A DNA stretch of 64,000 bases from an uncultured Acidobacteriota bacterium (GCA_964506795.1 CAZDMR010000006.1:11275-75274), one strand, 5' to 3'. Counted from the first letter of the stretch, positions 8,986 to 19,003 are shown. Translations and numbers: made by a program. The notes: generated from the letters alone by a model not told the origin.

Positions 8986-10507
8986 ACGCTGGCAGCGTCT
9001 CAAAGACTTGTTTGAAGAAGCGGTAGAAATGGACGCTTCCCGCCGCGGCGTTTTTTTGGAAAAGGCCTGCAGCGACGATCCTTCTTTAAAAACCGAAGTC
9101 GAAGAACTTCTCCAACATCACGACGACGGCTTTCTGGAGAATTCGGCTTCCGGAATGTTCCCGGAACTGCTTGAAAGCGAAATGGACAGTCTCCCGCCGG
9201 GGAAAAAGCTGGGTCCCTATACCATCAACGGAATAATCGGCCGGGGAGGCATGGGAGTCGTATACCTTGCGCGGGACGGGCGGCTCGATCGACCGGTCGC
9301 TCTAAAAATGCTTCCCGCGGATTACCTGAAAGACAACGAGCAGCGGGAGCGGCTCCGGAGGGAAGCGCGCGCCGCCGCAAGGCTTTCCCATCCCGGGATT
9401 GCGACGGTCTATTCACTCGAGGAATGCGGAGACGATATTTACATCATCTCGGAATATGTGAGCGGCGGCACCTTGCGCGAAGTCATGACGGAGACTCCGC
9501 TACCTCTGGAAACGCTTCTGGATATAGGACTTCAGATCGGCCGCGCGCTTGCCGCGGCCCATGAGTATGGGATTGTTCACAGAGACCTGAAGCCGGAAAA
9601 TATCATGAAGACAGCAAGCGGCAGCATCAAAATTCTGGATTTCGGGCTTGCCCGAATTGAAGGCGAAAAACACGGCGGCGCCGCGGCCAGGCTGACCCGC
9701 GCCGGCATGTTTCTGGGCACTCCGTCCTACGCTTCTCCGGAGCAGCTGTTGGGAAAGGATGTCGATTTTCGCACGGATATTTTTTCTTTTGGAGTGCTGC
9801 TGTATGAGATGGCCGCGGGGAAACATCCTTTCGGCGCCCGAGACTCCATCGCTGCCATAGCGCACATTGTCGAAGGAGACGCACCGGACATTACCGCAAT
9901 AAATCCGTCGATCCCCGAAGATTTGAACACCGTTATACTGCGCTGCCTCAGGAAGCGTCCTGAGGACAGGTATCCCGACATGCAGGCCCTGCTGACGGAT
10001 CTCGAGAGCCTTTCCGAGTTCCATGACATAAAAGAGAAACGCTATCCGGTTCCAACCGGCCATCCTCCGGCGAAACATAAAAGGTTTCATCCGCTATGGT
10101 GGTGGCAGTTTCACCAGGCTGTCGCCGGATTCGGCTACTATGCGATGCTGTATCCTCAATGGAGAGTGAAGCAGTGGCTGGGAGGCGCGGAGGGCTCCTT
10201 GCTGTTTTTCCCGCTCTTAATCGGTGTGGGAATAGCAGCCAACCTGCGGCTGCATCTCTGGTTTACTTCCTGTTTTTACGCATCTGAGCTGGAAGCGCAG
10301 CGCCGCAAGGTCTCGCGGTGGATTCGATGGGCCGACTGGCTTTTCGCATTCATGCTTGCGGTTACCGCGGCCCGGATCCACTCGGAGCATGCAGTGATTG
10401 CGGCGCTGCTTATGGCGGTCGCGATAGGGAGCCTGGTGGCGTTTACCTTGATTGAGCCGACAACGGCGCGCGCGGCGCTGGAAAAAACAAGCTGGAATTC
10501 AAAATAA
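8975..10507 (+). CDS. Ser/Thr protein kinase with N-terminal ECF-sigma-associated domain and C-terminal multi-TM region
   Basis: GTG start overlapping the sigma gene stop. Hanks kinase motifs are present (GRGGMGVVY, HRDLKPENI, DFGLA, SPE). The C-terminal ~150 aa are hydrophobic helices. Confidence 0.85.
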   Translation: MDPERWQRLKDLFEEAVEMDASRRGVFLEKACSDDPSLKTEVEELLQHHDDGFLENSASGMFPELLESEMDSLPPGKKLGPYTINGIIGRGGMGVVYLARDGRLDRPVALKMLPADYLKDNEQRERLRREARAAARLSHPGIATVYSLEECGDDIYIISEYVSGGTLREVMTETPLPLETLLDIGLQIGRALAAAHEYGIVHRDLKPENIMKTASGSIKILDFGLARIEGEKHGGAAARLTRAGMFLGTPSYASPEQLLGKDVDFRTDIFSFGVLLYEMAAGKHPFGARDSIAAIAHIVEGDAPDITAINPSIPEDLNTVILRCLRKRPEDRYPDMQALLTDLESLSEFHDIKEKRYPVPTGHPPAKHKRFHPLWWWQFHQAVAGFGYYAMLYPQWRVKQWLGGAEGSLLFFPLLIGVGIAANLRLHLWFTSCFYASELEAQRRKVSRWIRWADWLFAFMLAVTAARIHSEHAVIAALLMAVAIGSLVAFTLIEPTTARAALEKTSWNSK

Positions 10508-10584
10508 AAAAATCCGGAATGCGCAGTCTGCAATCGTCCGTTGAAGGAAGATTCGCCTCCAATAAGCAGCCTGCTGTACTTATA

Positions 10585-11874
10585 CTACGGCCCGCTCATC
10601 ATGCGGGCGCGCATGGATTGAAGCGTTCTTTCCAGAGATTCTTTAGCGATGCGGTTGATGATCGGGCCGATCATAAGCTCCAGCGGCTTGGGGACAGTCC
10701 GGCTCAAAGTCAGCGATTCGCATTCCACAATAACGCCGCCCTGCATCTGTTCGTAGCGCCAGTAGGAGTTCATGCGCCAGAGAAACCCGTGGTCATTCCC
10801 TTCAGGCTTTTCGCGCTCCCGGTTCCCTTCAAGCCGTTCCACTTCCGCTATCTTCGTCGCAACACTGGTGCTCGAAGCCCTGCGCGCGCCGCGGCGCGTG
10901 ATCCGGACGAGATGTTCCGTATTGTAAATGACCGTTACGATTTTTGAGCGCTGCAATTTCAAAAACAGTTTAAGCCCTCCCGGGAAACGTTCCAGAACCT
11001 TGGATTCAAGCACGTCTTCCTGGGCCATTTCCGATTGTTCGGGATTCTCAACTCTTGAAAGAATAAAATCCAAATTCACGTCCGGTATAAAGACGCCGCC
11101 GCGCCAGTGATGAATTTCTCCGCCGGGGATTTTAACTTTGGAAGTGTTTTCGCCGGCCTCCATTTTTTTGATTGTAATGTCGCCGGACAAAAGCTTTCCC
11201 CGCTCGCGTTTCGCTTCATCCTTGTTTTGGAAATCCATAACAAGAAAGCCTCTATCCGATGCCAATTCGCGTTCGATCCGTTGCTCCGTTGTTTTCACGT
11301 AGGCATTCCAGGCTTGCACCGTTTTGCGCTCCAGCTCGGCGGATTCCGCTGCCTGACCATAGAACAACAGAGAGACCGCCAGGAGGAACAATCTTTGAGA
11401 CACTTTCCCGCCGCGCTTCGGACGCTTATTCCATTCCTCGGGGCTAGTCCGCATCCCGCCACACCGAAAGACAATTCGGTCGCCCGCGGCAAAATTTAAT
11501 ACAGAACAGATCGCAATGCTAAGCCCGCCGGCCAGCATATAGTGAAGGGAAAGCTCGTCCACGAACAGCTGCATCAGAAATATGTTTCCGGCCAGCGAGA
11601 TCGCTCCATTTGCAAGATGAAAATAAAGAAGCCTGGAAAGAACGCAATTCTTTGCATTCATTCGCCGATCCGCCCAGGTCCAGTTTTCATGCCAGACGAA
11701 ATTGTGCAAAACAGCGGTTTCAACCGCGACAATGGTTGCAATAAGATAGTGGAAACCAAAGACTGAAATCAAGGCCGCAAGAGCGCCCATCTGAACCAGA
11801 ATCCCCATGGCCCCTACGGAATTGAAAACCAGCCATCGTCTCAGCATGGAGGGGAATTTTTCGCATTTGCGCAT
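10585..11874 (-). CDS. GtrA-family membrane protein fused to a ~290-aa extracytoplasmic domain of unknown function
   Basis: N-terminal ~130 aa have the GtrA 4-TM signature (...HNFVWHENWTW...). They continue in frame through an extra hydrophobic helix (LFLLAVSLLFYGQAA) into a large soluble domain. SD GGAGAA precedes the ATG at 11874. Confidence 0.6.
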   Translation of the reverse strand: MRKCEKFPSMLRRWLVFNSVGAMGILVQMGALAALISVFGFHYLIATIVAVETAVLHNFVWHENWTWADRRMNAKNCVLSRLLYFHLANGAISLAGNIFLMQLFVDELSLHYMLAGGLSIAICSVLNFAAGDRIVFRCGGMRTSPEEWNKRPKRGGKVSQRLFLLAVSLLFYGQAAESAELERKTVQAWNAYVKTTEQRIERELASDRGFLVMDFQNKDEAKRERGKLLSGDITIKKMEAGENTSKVKIPGGEIHHWRGGVFIPDVNLDFILSRVENPEQSEMAQEDVLESKVLERFPGGLKLFLKLQRSKIVTVIYNTEHLVRITRRGARRASSTSVATKIAEVERLEGNREREKPEGNDHGFLWRMNSYWRYEQMQGGVIVECESLTLSRTVPKPLELMIGPIINRIAKESLERTLQSMRARMMSGP

Positions 11875-11916
11875 GTCCTGTTCTCCTCAAGAAGTTTTTA
11901 TCGACGTCGATCGGGA

Positions 11917-12588
11917 TTAAAGCGGCTCCGCCCGATACAGCATCCGCGTATTCCGAATTGACGAATAGATAAACGCCGAGGCAAGACCCGCTATGGACAG
12001 CACGCCTCCGACATCAAACAGACGGAACGTCCCCCATGCGCCTATCCGCACTGTCGGCTCGATAAGAAGATACAGCGTTCCGATGGAGAGCAGGATGCGC
12101 AGTTCGGTGGGTCCGAACCCGAAACAGGACAGCCGAAACACCTGCTGTACGTGGGTGGCCAGAAAGACTTCCGCTTCTACAAGCGCAAACGCCGCAAGCA
12201 GAGCAATCGCAATCAGAGGATTCATATAGCCGGACAGAGCCATTCCTGCAAGCAGCAATGCCGTTCCCGCGAGATCGATCACATGATCCACGTAATATCC
12301 GTAGCGGGGTCTCTGGCGCTTGCGCCATCGCGCCAGGGTTCCGTCGAGGCTGTCTCCGAACCAGTTGACGGCCAGTGCAACGATGACAAGCACCAGGGTC
12401 CATCTATTGTGTCCCGAAGCCCAAAAAGCCGCTCCGGCCGAAACCATTCCGATCAGCCCGAGCAGCGAAAGATGATCCGAATTCACCCATCCCGGCGTGC
12501 GCTGGGCGAGCCAGTTTAAGGCCTTCTTTTCTGGGACTGCCAGCAGCCCCCCGTTCTCGCGGATATGTAATTTTGCGTCGGTCTTCAT
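11917..12588 (-). CDS. CDP-alcohol phosphatidyltransferase family protein
   Basis: Signature D-G-x2-A-R-x8-G-x3-D-x3-D is present (DSLDGTLARWRKRQRPRYGYYVDHVIDLAG). Multi-TM protein. AAAGGAG lies upstream. Confidence 0.75.
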   Translation of the reverse strand: MKTDAKLHIRENGGLLAVPEKKALNWLAQRTPGWVNSDHLSLLGLIGMVSAGAAFWASGHNRWTLVLVIVALAVNWFGDSLDGTLARWRKRQRPRYGYYVDHVIDLAGTALLLAGMALSGYMNPLIAIALLAAFALVEAEVFLATHVQQVFRLSCFGFGPTELRILLSIGTLYLLIEPTVRIGAWGTFRLFDVGGVLSIAGLASAFIYSSIRNTRMLYRAEPL

Positions 12589-12735
12589 GACTTTAATCTC
12601 CTTTCATGAAGAAATGCGAAAATCGCTTCCGAAAGGGATCGGGGAATAATGAGCCTGATTTCGCCGGCAAGCTGATTTTGGTGTCATGAAAAACAGCCGC
12701 TTTTTGCTAATATTTATTTTGGTTCAGTTAAAAGT

Positions 12736-13422
12736 ATGAAAATGCTTTATAGGCTTTTTATTTTCGCCATCCTGTCGGCCGTCGGTTGCGGCTGGCAAAT
12801 CCCGTCCAAAGACAGATTAGAGTCGCAGGATGGATCCTCCGCCATTAAGACGCAAACGGGAAAGAAAACTATGGATTCAAAAGGCAATCTCAGGCTTGCG
12901 ACCTTCGGCAGCGGCTGTTTCTGGTGCACCGAGGCCGTTTTCGAGAATCTGGAAGGCGTAGAAAATGTGGTATCCGGATATTCGGGCGGCCATGTTGAGA
13001 ATCCCACCTATGAGCAGGTATGCTCGGGCGCTACGGGGCACGCGGAATCAGTCCAGGTTGCCTATGACAGCGCAAAGATATCCTACGAGGATCTTCTTGA
13101 GGTCTTTTGGAAAACCCACGACCCGACAACGAAGAACCGGCAGGGAGCCGACGTCGGTCCACAGTACCGCTCTGTGATTTTTTATCACGACGCCGAGCAG
13201 AAGAAGCTGGCGGAATCTTACAAAAATAAGCTTGAGGCCCAGGGCGTCTGGGATCGCCCGATCGTAACCGAAATCGAGCCGTTCACCGCCTTTTGGCCCG
13301 CGGAGGATTATCACCAAGACTATTACGAGAAAAATCCCTCCAAGCAATACTGCAATTTTGTCATCACTCCCAAGATCGAAAAGTTCAGAGAGATCTTCAA
13401 GGATCGTTTAAAAAAGCGATAA
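12736..13422 (+). CDS. msrA: peptide methionine sulfoxide reductase MsrA (lipoprotein-type signal peptide)
   Basis: Active-site motif GCFWC and the conserved MsrA core. N-terminal signal with lipobox LSAVGC. Confidence 0.9.
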   Translation: MKMLYRLFIFAILSAVGCGWQIPSKDRLESQDGSSAIKTQTGKKTMDSKGNLRLATFGSGCFWCTEAVFENLEGVENVVSGYSGGHVENPTYEQVCSGATGHAESVQVAYDSAKISYEDLLEVFWKTHDPTTKNRQGADVGPQYRSVIFYHDAEQKKLAESYKNKLEAQGVWDRPIVTEIEPFTAFWPAEDYHQDYYEKNPSKQYCNFVITPKIEKFREIFKDRLKKR

Positions 13423-13661
13423 TCCGCCCGGCGCAAGCGGCGGCGTGATTCTTGCCAATACAACGGAACAGCAAGGGACTATGATGTTTGTCGCCGTTCT
13501 CGAAAAAACTTCCGCCTGAATCGCGGTTGCCATTGTAGAATCTCTTTTTCTGAGGGAATACCTTCGCTGTCTCGAAGGCGGGTTGGGTATTATGACGGGA
13601 GCCGGATTGCTCCTTTGTTCCGTCTGCGGGCCGTAACGCGTTTTTTCAGCAGGATATCGCA

Positions 13662-15140
13662 TTGAAAAAGAACCTTCTGTTCATTGTAAAAAATCTCTAT
13701 ACCATGGAACGCCTCGGCGTCATGAGTATATCCGCCGCAGCCAAACTCCAAGGATGGCAGACCCGGCTTCTGGTTACCGACGGAAAGAGTTATGCCTCAA
13801 TCCGCAGGGAGGTGGATGCATTTGATCCCGACATTTTAGCGTTCAGCGCAATGAGTCCCGAATACCCCTATCTGGAACGCTTGGGCGCGCGGTTACATCG
13901 GTCAAATCCGCGCTACACGCTTTTCGGCGGATCCCATCCGACCTTTTTCCAGGAAATCATCCGGCGGCCGTTCATGAGCGCGATCTCATTCGGAGAAGCC
14001 GACTTGAGTTTTCCTCAATTCCTGGAGAAATTCGCAAGGGGCGACGACTATAGAAAAACCCGCGGGATGCATTTTCAATCCGGCGGAGAGGTCACCGTCA
14101 ACGATGCGGAAAGGCTTGCAGAAGATCTTGATGCGCTGCCTTTCCCGGACCGTTTCCTCCAAGTTGGCGGCAACACTCTTGCCGATTTCAGCCGCAGCCA
14201 TATCTTTATGGCTTCGCGGGGCTGTCCGAACCAGTGCACCTACTGCTTTAACCACAAATTCAACCGCATGTTCGCGGGATACGGCCCGCTGTATCGCAGG
14301 AGAACCGTCGCCAACCTTGTTTCGGAAATGCAGCAAGTGCGGGATTCATGCGGGATGGAGTTTGCCTACATCGACGATGACATCTTCACCCTGTGTCCCC
14401 AGGAGTGGCTGGAGGAATTCGTCGAACTCTATCGGGCGAGGGTGGCGGTGCCGTTCATGGTGAATGTTCATGTCAATTCCGTCACCTATGAACAGCTGCG
14501 GCTGCTCCGCCGAGCCGGCTGTGCCGTGATATGCTTCGGCATCGAATGCGGCATCGAAGAGATTTCAAGGACGCTCCTAAAGCGCCGCATAGAAAATGAA
14601 AAAATCGAGCGCCTCAGCCGCTGGATCCACGAGCTCGGAATGAAATTCATGACCCAGAATATTCTGGCGCTCCCCGTCCCGAACCCTCTGGAGGTGGACT
14701 TTCGGACGCTGGAGCTTAATCTCCGCTGCAAGCCTGATTATGCCATTGCCCATATATACTTCCCGCTTCCCGGGACAGAATTGACCGAGTATTGCGTGAA
14801 AAACGGCTATCTTGAATCGGACAGCGTTTCGCTGCCGGAAAGGACAAACACATACTCCGCCTTGCGGTTCCCGTCGGAGAGGGAAAAAGTGCTGGTGCAG
14901 CGTCTGCATAAGCTGTTCGGCATCGTTGTCAGTTTCCCCGTCCTGCGGAAGGTGCTGCCTTTTCTGGTTCGGCTGCCGGCAGGCTGGATTTATTCTTTTG
15001 TATTTGTCGCGTGGTACGGTTTTTCCCTGCGGTACCGCCTCGAGGGAACCCGCAAATCCCGCAACGAGACCGCCTATTTCCTGAAGAGTTCCCTGCGGTC
15101 CGCCGCTTCTTTTTTCCGGCGCCGGGACGCTTATCGCTAA
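13662..15140 (+). CDS. B12-binding domain radical SAM protein
   Basis: N-terminal cobalamin-binding-like domain and radical SAM cluster motif CPNQCTYC. TTG start at 13662; alternative ATG at 13704. Confidence 0.8.
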   Translation: MKKNLLFIVKNLYTMERLGVMSISAAAKLQGWQTRLLVTDGKSYASIRREVDAFDPDILAFSAMSPEYPYLERLGARLHRSNPRYTLFGGSHPTFFQEIIRRPFMSAISFGEADLSFPQFLEKFARGDDYRKTRGMHFQSGGEVTVNDAERLAEDLDALPFPDRFLQVGGNTLADFSRSHIFMASRGCPNQCTYCFNHKFNRMFAGYGPLYRRRTVANLVSEMQQVRDSCGMEFAYIDDDIFTLCPQEWLEEFVELYRARVAVPFMVNVHVNSVTYEQLRLLRRAGCAVICFGIECGIEEISRTLLKRRIENEKIERLSRWIHELGMKFMTQNILALPVPNPLEVDFRTLELNLRCKPDYAIAHIYFPLPGTELTEYCVKNGYLESDSVSLPERTNTYSALRFPSEREKVLVQRLHKLFGIVVSFPVLRKVLPFLVRLPAGWIYSFVFVAWYGFSLRYRLEGTRKSRNETAYFLKSSLRSAASFFRRRDAYR

Positions 15141-15146
15141 AATCCA

Positions 15147-16088
15147 TTACTCCGGATCTTCAACAACCGGTATTTTCCACAAAGGCTGATGCGCGTTTTC
15201 GCTTGTGAGGTACAGGGTTTTCCCGTCCGGCCCGTAGCATACGGATTCGCCCTGTTTGCGAACCGGAGCCTTGATGATGCGAGGCTCGCGGGAGAATGCC
15301 TGACCCCACGTCTCGCCGTTTTCGCGGGAAAACTCATACGCGTCGTCGTACGTCAGGACGACGGCACGATTCCCGTCCGGCGAAATATCCATCGCATTCG
15401 CATGGCGGAATTTCAGCGCAGCGATGAATCTTGCAAGGTTCGGCTCCTCTGATTCTTTCGGCGGAATGGGCATGGAGTAGATCCTGGATTCCTCGGGATG
15501 CTTGCTGACAAGATAGATTGCGCGTTCTCCTGGATCCACCGCCACTCCTTCACAATCGCGGGGGCCGTCCTCATAGCGGAAGCGGATCCGTGAATCCGGC
15601 TGGACTTCAATGCTCACCGCTTCTTCCGCTTGGGCATCGAAACGGATCTCCGGCTCTGGAATGACATAGAGGGCGCAGTCTTCGCGCCGCTTTGCGTTAT
15701 CGCCGGCATCGGCGATCAAAATAAAAGCTTCCCCTCCAAACTCGAAGGATGCAATGTCCTCCCAGTCAACGGCGGATGCCCCTTTGATACTGACGACGGC
15801 AAGCGTTCTTCCTTCTTTGCTGATCAGGAAAAGCCGGGCGGAATCCCCCGAATCGTTGTGCGTCCAGAATGCATCCTCGTACCGAATGGAAGCGGCGATG
15901 CCGCTTGATTCGTTTATGCGGTCATCCTGGATTTGCGACAGCTCCACGGGCGGGCCGTATTGCAAGGTCAAGGCCGATTCGGGGCTTGTTTGCGCAGCAT
16001 CAGGATCAGCCGAATTAACGGGCAGTTTGAATAGGAACAACAGAGCTGAAGCTAAAATGATTCGAGCGGAATATATTTCTAATCGCAT
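15147..16088 (-). CDS. secreted beta-propeller protein (phytase-like / SdiA-regulated family-like)
   Basis: Start at internal Met MRLEIYSARIILASALLFLF (signal peptide), preceded by GGAGAAA. Repeated blade-like segments are present. The family assignment is tentative. Confidence 0.5.
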   Translation of the reverse strand: MRLEIYSARIILASALLFLFKLPVNSADPDAAQTSPESALTLQYGPPVELSQIQDDRINESSGIAASIRYEDAFWTHNDSGDSARLFLISKEGRTLAVVSIKGASAVDWEDIASFEFGGEAFILIADAGDNAKRREDCALYVIPEPEIRFDAQAEEAVSIEVQPDSRIRFRYEDGPRDCEGVAVDPGERAIYLVSKHPEESRIYSMPIPPKESEEPNLARFIAALKFRHANAMDISPDGNRAVVLTYDDAYEFSRENGETWGQAFSREPRIIKAPVRKQGESVCYGPDGKTLYLTSENAHQPLWKIPVVEDPE

Positions 16089-16184
16089 TCGTTTCTCCGG
16101 ATCGGGTACGGCGGTAACACCCGCATTGCATGATTCTTGAAAAACCAAAGTCACATCGGCGGCGACGGATCGAAAATTACCCCA

Positions 16185-16637
16185 TCAGACGGCGTCTTTC
16201 CCCCCTGCTTTTTTGGGATCAAGGTATCGGTGATGAAAGATCCGCATGCGTTTGAACTTGCCATTTTCATCCAGATCGTAAAGCACAATCTGGTTCATGA
16301 CAATAAGGTCGCCCTCTTTCCATTGAGCTCCCGGCGATCCTGCCGGCGGCGTCCTAAAAACGTGAAATTCGGTAACAAGCTCAACGCAGAACTGCCTGCC
16401 CCTGGAAAGGAAAGCGCCGACATTCAGAACCTCGCGTATATTGGCGGCGATGGCCTGGTAGTTGGCGATGAACTCCTCCGGCCCGTGAAGGGTATTGGCC
16501 GTCAAGCCGGGCATCTGCGGGCCCATGAAGTTATCGGGATACGCCAGCGTGACATCCTGGCAGAAATAGCTGACGACTTTGTCAAATCTGCGGTTGTTAA
16601 AATGGTCGACGTATTCGAGGAATTGTTTGCGGTTCAT
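16185..16637 (-). CDS. SnoaL/NTF2-like domain protein
   Basis: Start at internal Met MNRKQFLEYVDHFNNRRFD with AAGGAGG upstream. The longer 218-aa ORF extension is low-complexity. Confidence 0.55.
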   Translation of the reverse strand: MNRKQFLEYVDHFNNRRFDKVVSYFCQDVTLAYPDNFMGPQMPGLTANTLHGPEEFIANYQAIAANIREVLNVGAFLSRGRQFCVELVTEFHVFRTPPAGSPGAQWKEGDLIVMNQIVLYDLDENGKFKRMRIFHHRYLDPKKAGGKDAV

Positions 16638-17179
16638 GGCAAAAAACCTCCTTTGATTATAATTGCACGGAATTTGAATGATCGCCGCAGCCGCGCGGCC
16701 TCTTCCGATTCCGGGCCTAACGGCCCGTCTGGCTACGGATTCTAAGCCAAAAGCGCAATCTTCCGTACACTCTCTTTTACAATGAGCAGGAAAATCCATC
16801 GCCTTGTTTTTCAGGGTTGAAGGAGAGCAATGCTTGGACACGGCCGTTGATGCGAATGGAAACCGTCAGCTCCGGCAATAGAATTAAAAATAAACCCGGA
16901 TTATTTATCAACAATTCCAGCGCTTAAGCATGCCATCCCGCGGCTGATACCTAGTCCGCGCGCCTCCTCCTCGCGCATCGATCTCGTCCCCAAGCCCCAT
17001 GCGCGCGGCATATCCTAATACTCGGACAGCCTCCTAGACGAAAATTCCCTCCTTAGCCGAAGTTTCATTGTCTCTTAATCGGAGCGTAACAATCCCCTGC
17101 AAAAATATGTCTGCTGTGAAAACCCCGTCTTTTGCCACGGCGGCTGTTGATCGCGATTCGGGAAGGAGGGTTGGCATTA

Positions 17180-17908
17180 ATGAATTTCTCGGATGAATTG
17201 GCAATCGTTATACCGGCAAAGAACGAAGAAAAGCTCCTGCCCCGTCTTCTGGCTTCCTTGGCGGAGCAAGACTATCCGTTGATGGCGGATACGCAAGTAT
17301 TAATTGCGGATGCGCACTCCACGGATCGCACTGTTGAAGCAGCCATGAAATTCAACCAAAGCCTGGCCATAGCAATAATAGAAGGAGGCCTGCCCTCTGT
17401 CGGCCGAAATAAAGGAGCGTTCTGCGCCGGCAGCCGTTACATCTTATTTCTCGATGCGGACATCGAGCTGCGGAATTCCACCCTTGTGCGACGCGCCGTG
17501 GAGCTGATGAAAAGGAAATCACTGCACTGCGTCACAACGGATATCCGGTGCCGCAATGGCGTTTTCCTGGATCACCTGCTGTATGGCTGCAACAACCTGC
17601 TGCAACGCCTTTCGCGCTTTCACAAGCCTTTTGCAACGGGCATGTTCATGCTTGTCGACAAGGAGCAGTTTGACGAGATCGGCGGTTTTGATGAAAAGGC
17701 GCTGTACGCCGAGGATTACCAGCTGAGCCGCCAATTTTCACGAAACCGCTTTCGCGTCATTCGCGGCGGGATATTCTCCACAAACCGGCGCTTTTTAAAA
17801 ATGGGCCATTGGACTATCGTCCGATTCTTCTTAAGCACCGCGGTGCACAGCCGGAAACCCAATTATTATCGCAGTAAGTATTACGAAACCTATTGGGAGG
17901 ATTATTGA
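17180..17908 (+). CDS. family 2 glycosyltransferase
   Basis: GT2 N-terminal motif (IVIPAKNEE...) and DxD (LDADIEL). Start MNFSDE is preceded by GGAAGGAGGG. Confidence 0.75.
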   Translation: MNFSDELAIVIPAKNEEKLLPRLLASLAEQDYPLMADTQVLIADAHSTDRTVEAAMKFNQSLAIAIIEGGLPSVGRNKGAFCAGSRYILFLDADIELRNSTLVRRAVELMKRKSLHCVTTDIRCRNGVFLDHLLYGCNNLLQRLSRFHKPFATGMFMLVDKEQFDEIGGFDEKALYAEDYQLSRQFSRNRFRVIRGGIFSTNRRFLKMGHWTIVRFFLSTAVHSRKPNYYRSKYYETYWEDY

Positions 17909-17976
17909 GCCTTTTCGGAAGGACGGGACTATTTCAGCCGCTGCGCTGATGTAACTTGCCACAAAGGAATGATGAC

Positions 17977-19002
17977 ATGATAACTAAAAAACTTCGGCCG
18001 CACCGTTGCGGTATTGTTTTAGCCGGCGGAGACGGAAGACGCTTGCAGCCTTTCGTTCGCGACTTCCTGGGAGTCGATCTTCCAAAACAATATGTAAATT
18101 TTACAGGGAGCCGGTCGATGTTGGAACACACCTTTGATCGCGCGGAACGGCTGATATCCCTGGAAAAGATTTTTGCGGTGGTTGCGCGGAGCCACCTGCG
18201 ACAAGCCGAAGTCCGGAACCAGTTAAGCGCGAGGCCGCCCCGTACGATTGTCGTACAGCCGATGAACAAAGAAACCGTTCCTGGATTGCTGCTTCCCCTC
18301 ATGCACGCATTACTGCACTACCCGAATTGCACCGTCGCCGTCTTCCCTTCAGACCATTTTGTTCTGCAGGAAGACCTTTTCATGGCCTATGTAGAACAGG
18401 CCTTTGAAATGGTGGAAAGATATCCCTCTAAAATGGTGCTTCTTGGTGCGAAACCGGACGCTCCGGAACCTGAATATGGTTATGTTCTTCCGGATAACGA
18501 TGAGCTGGATTTCAATTCACCTTTCAAGAGAGTGAAGTCATTTATTGAAAAACCGCAGCCCCGGATCGCCGTTCAGCTCACGGCATTGGGCGCCTTGTGG
18601 AACACCATGGTTATGGTGTTCAAACCTGAATCCCTGCTTCATCTTGTCTCGATTGCGGCCCCGATGTTACATCGTTCCTTTCAAAGGATCTTCAGAGCCC
18701 TGGAAACCTCGCGGGAATCTATTGTCATTGAAGAGGTCTACCGGCACTTGCAGCCCATGAATTTTTCAAAGGACTTAATCGAATCCTTGAATATTCATTC
18801 CCGCAACCAGTTGTATGTGATTCCCATGAAAGACGTTTTATGGAGTGACTGGGGCTCTCAAGCGCGAATTGTCTCAGTCATTAAAAAGCTCCAATCATTG
18901 GATTGCCTGCCGCGTGCATTTTCCATTGATGATCTTCGAGACCGCCTCCCCGAGGTTTTGACGTCCGTGTCGGCGCAAATCCTTAACCCGGATTATTCAT
19001 GA
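17977..19002 (+). CDS. mannose-1-phosphate guanylyltransferase-like sugar nucleotidyltransferase (no PMI/cupin domain)
   Basis: Nucleotidyltransferase motif GIVLAGGDGRRLQPF...PKQY. AAAGGA lies 8 nt upstream of ATG 17977. The stop overlaps the next gene's start (ATGA). Confidence 0.7.
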   Translation: MITKKLRPHRCGIVLAGGDGRRLQPFVRDFLGVDLPKQYVNFTGSRSMLEHTFDRAERLISLEKIFAVVARSHLRQAEVRNQLSARPPRTIVVQPMNKETVPGLLLPLMHALLHYPNCTVAVFPSDHFVLQEDLFMAYVEQAFEMVERYPSKMVLLGAKPDAPEPEYGYVLPDNDELDFNSPFKRVKSFIEKPQPRIAVQLTALGALWNTMVMVFKPESLLHLVSIAAPMLHRSFQRIFRALETSRESIVIEEVYRHLQPMNFSKDLIESLNIHSRNQLYVIPMKDVLWSDWGSQARIVSVIKKLQSLDCLPRAFSIDDLRDRLPEVLTSVSAQILNPDYS

Positions 19003-19003
19003 G
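18983..19003. repeat. MITE/REP-like core copy (R4) spanning a gene junction
   Basis: TTAACCCGGATTATTCATGAG supplies the last codons and stop of the nucleotidyltransferase gene and the overlapping ATG of the PAP2 gene. Confidence 0.5.

Noticed and set aside
13423-13661. Cobalamin riboswitch upstream of the B12-binding radical SAM gene
   Set aside because: A GCCATTG stretch and a GGGAA element exist, but in the wrong order relative to the B12-box consensus, and there is no recognisable P1-P6 architecture.
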